A stretch of 64,000 nt of DNA, from assembly GCF_035084215.1 (NCBI RefSeq), contig NC_090366.1, positions 13,888,001 through 13,952,000 of the forward strand. The letters are read 5' to 3'. Positions 62,900-64,000 of this stretch are shown here, piece by piece. The notes under the pieces were generated by a model. It was given only the letters and a program-made list of their open reading frames with translations, searched no databases and had not been told where the DNA came from. A program made the translations under genes and the position numbers. Numbering within the stretch: the first letter of the stretch is position 1; the number at the start of each line of letters is the position of its first letter. This DNA is from Heptranchias perlo. Lineage: Eukaryota.

Positions 62900-64000
62900 A
62901 GGTCAGAAGGTCGTGGGTTCGAGCCCCCACTCCAGAGACTCGAGCCCCATAATCCAGGCTGACACTCCCCGGTGCCAGTACTGAGGGAGTGCTGCACTGT
63001 CGGAGGGTCAGTACTGAGGGAGTGCTGCACTGTCGGAGGGTTGGTACTGAGGGAGCGCGCACCGTCGGAGGGTTGGTACTGAGGGAGTGCTGCACTGTCG
63101 GATGGTCGGTACTGAGGGAGCGCCGCACTGTCGGAGGGTCAGTACTGAGGGAGCGCTGCACTGTCGGAGGGTCGGTACTGAGGGAGCGCCGCACTGTCGG
63201 AGGGTCGGTACTGAGGGAGCGCCGCACTGTCGGAGGGTCAGTACTGAGGGAGCGCCTCACTGTCGGAGGGTCAGTACTGAGGGAGCGCCGCACAGTCGGA
63301 GGGTCAGTACTGAGGGAGTGCTGCACTGTCGATGGGTCAGTGCTGAGGGAGCACCGCACTGTCGGAGGGTCAGTACTGAGGGACCGCTGCACTGTCGGAG
63401 GGTCAGTACTGAGGGAGCGCCGCACTGTCGGAGGGTCAGTACTGAGGGAGCGCCGCACTGTCGGAGGGTCAGTACTGAGGGAGTGCTGCACTGTCGGAGG
63501 GTCGGTACTGAGGGAGCGCCGCACTGTCGGAGGGTTGGTACTGAGGGAGCGCGCACCGTCGGAGGGTTGGTACTGAGGGAGTGCTGCACTGTCGGATGGT
63601 CGGTACTGAGGGAGCGCCGCACTGTCGGAGGGTCAGTACTGAGGGAGCGCCGCACTGTCGGAGGGTCGGTACTGAGGGAGCGCCGCACTGTCGGAGGGTC
63701 GGTACTGAGGGAGCGCCGCACTGTCGGAGGGTCAGTACTGAGGGAGCGCCTCACTGTCGGAGGGTCAGTACTGAGGGAGCGCCGCACAGTCGGAGGGTCA
63801 GTACTGAGGGAGTGCTGCACTGTCGATGGGTCAGTGCTGAGGGAGCACCGCACTGTCGGAGGGTCAGTACTGAGGGACCGCTGCACTGTCGGAGGGTCAG
63901 TACTGAGGGAGCGCCGCACTGTCGGAGGGTCAGTACTGAGGGAGCGCCGCACTGTCGGAGGGTTAGTACTGAGGGAGCGCCGCACTGTCGGAGGGTCAGT
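62900..64000 (+). mobile_element. Deu-SINE head + 33-bp array running off the window
   Basis: GGTTCGAGCCC head, ~31 units visible. Confidence 0.85.

Overview
Vertebrate genomic DNA, most likely a cartilaginous fish (shark/ray), inferred from the Deu-domain tRNA-SINEs and abundant CR1/L2 LINEs. Most of the window is transposon- or minisatellite-derived, and there are four N gaps. Two convergent Siglec-family genes can be assembled by hand from GT-AG exons with consistent phases. (1) + strand, 1520-11650: the 3' end (TM plus 4 cytoplasmic exons) of a CD22/Siglec-2-like receptor with 8 tail tyrosines. (2) - strand, 49747-26974: a complete 11-coding-exon, ~833-aa Siglec with leader, V-set (essential Arg, Siglec Cys pattern), six C2-type domains, an uncharged TM and a CD33-related ITIM + ITSM-like tail. 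Its membrane-proximal domain carries the MAG/Siglec-4 domain-5 Cys signature, so it looks like a CD22/MAG/CD33r mosaic. Nearly all long ORFs in the supplied track are artefacts of three tandem-repeat families whose units are multiples of 3: 33 bp inside the SINE, 51 bp inside a CR1 subfamily, and a 63-bp unit. The introns and the 3' UTR contain many closely spaced inverted TE pairs.
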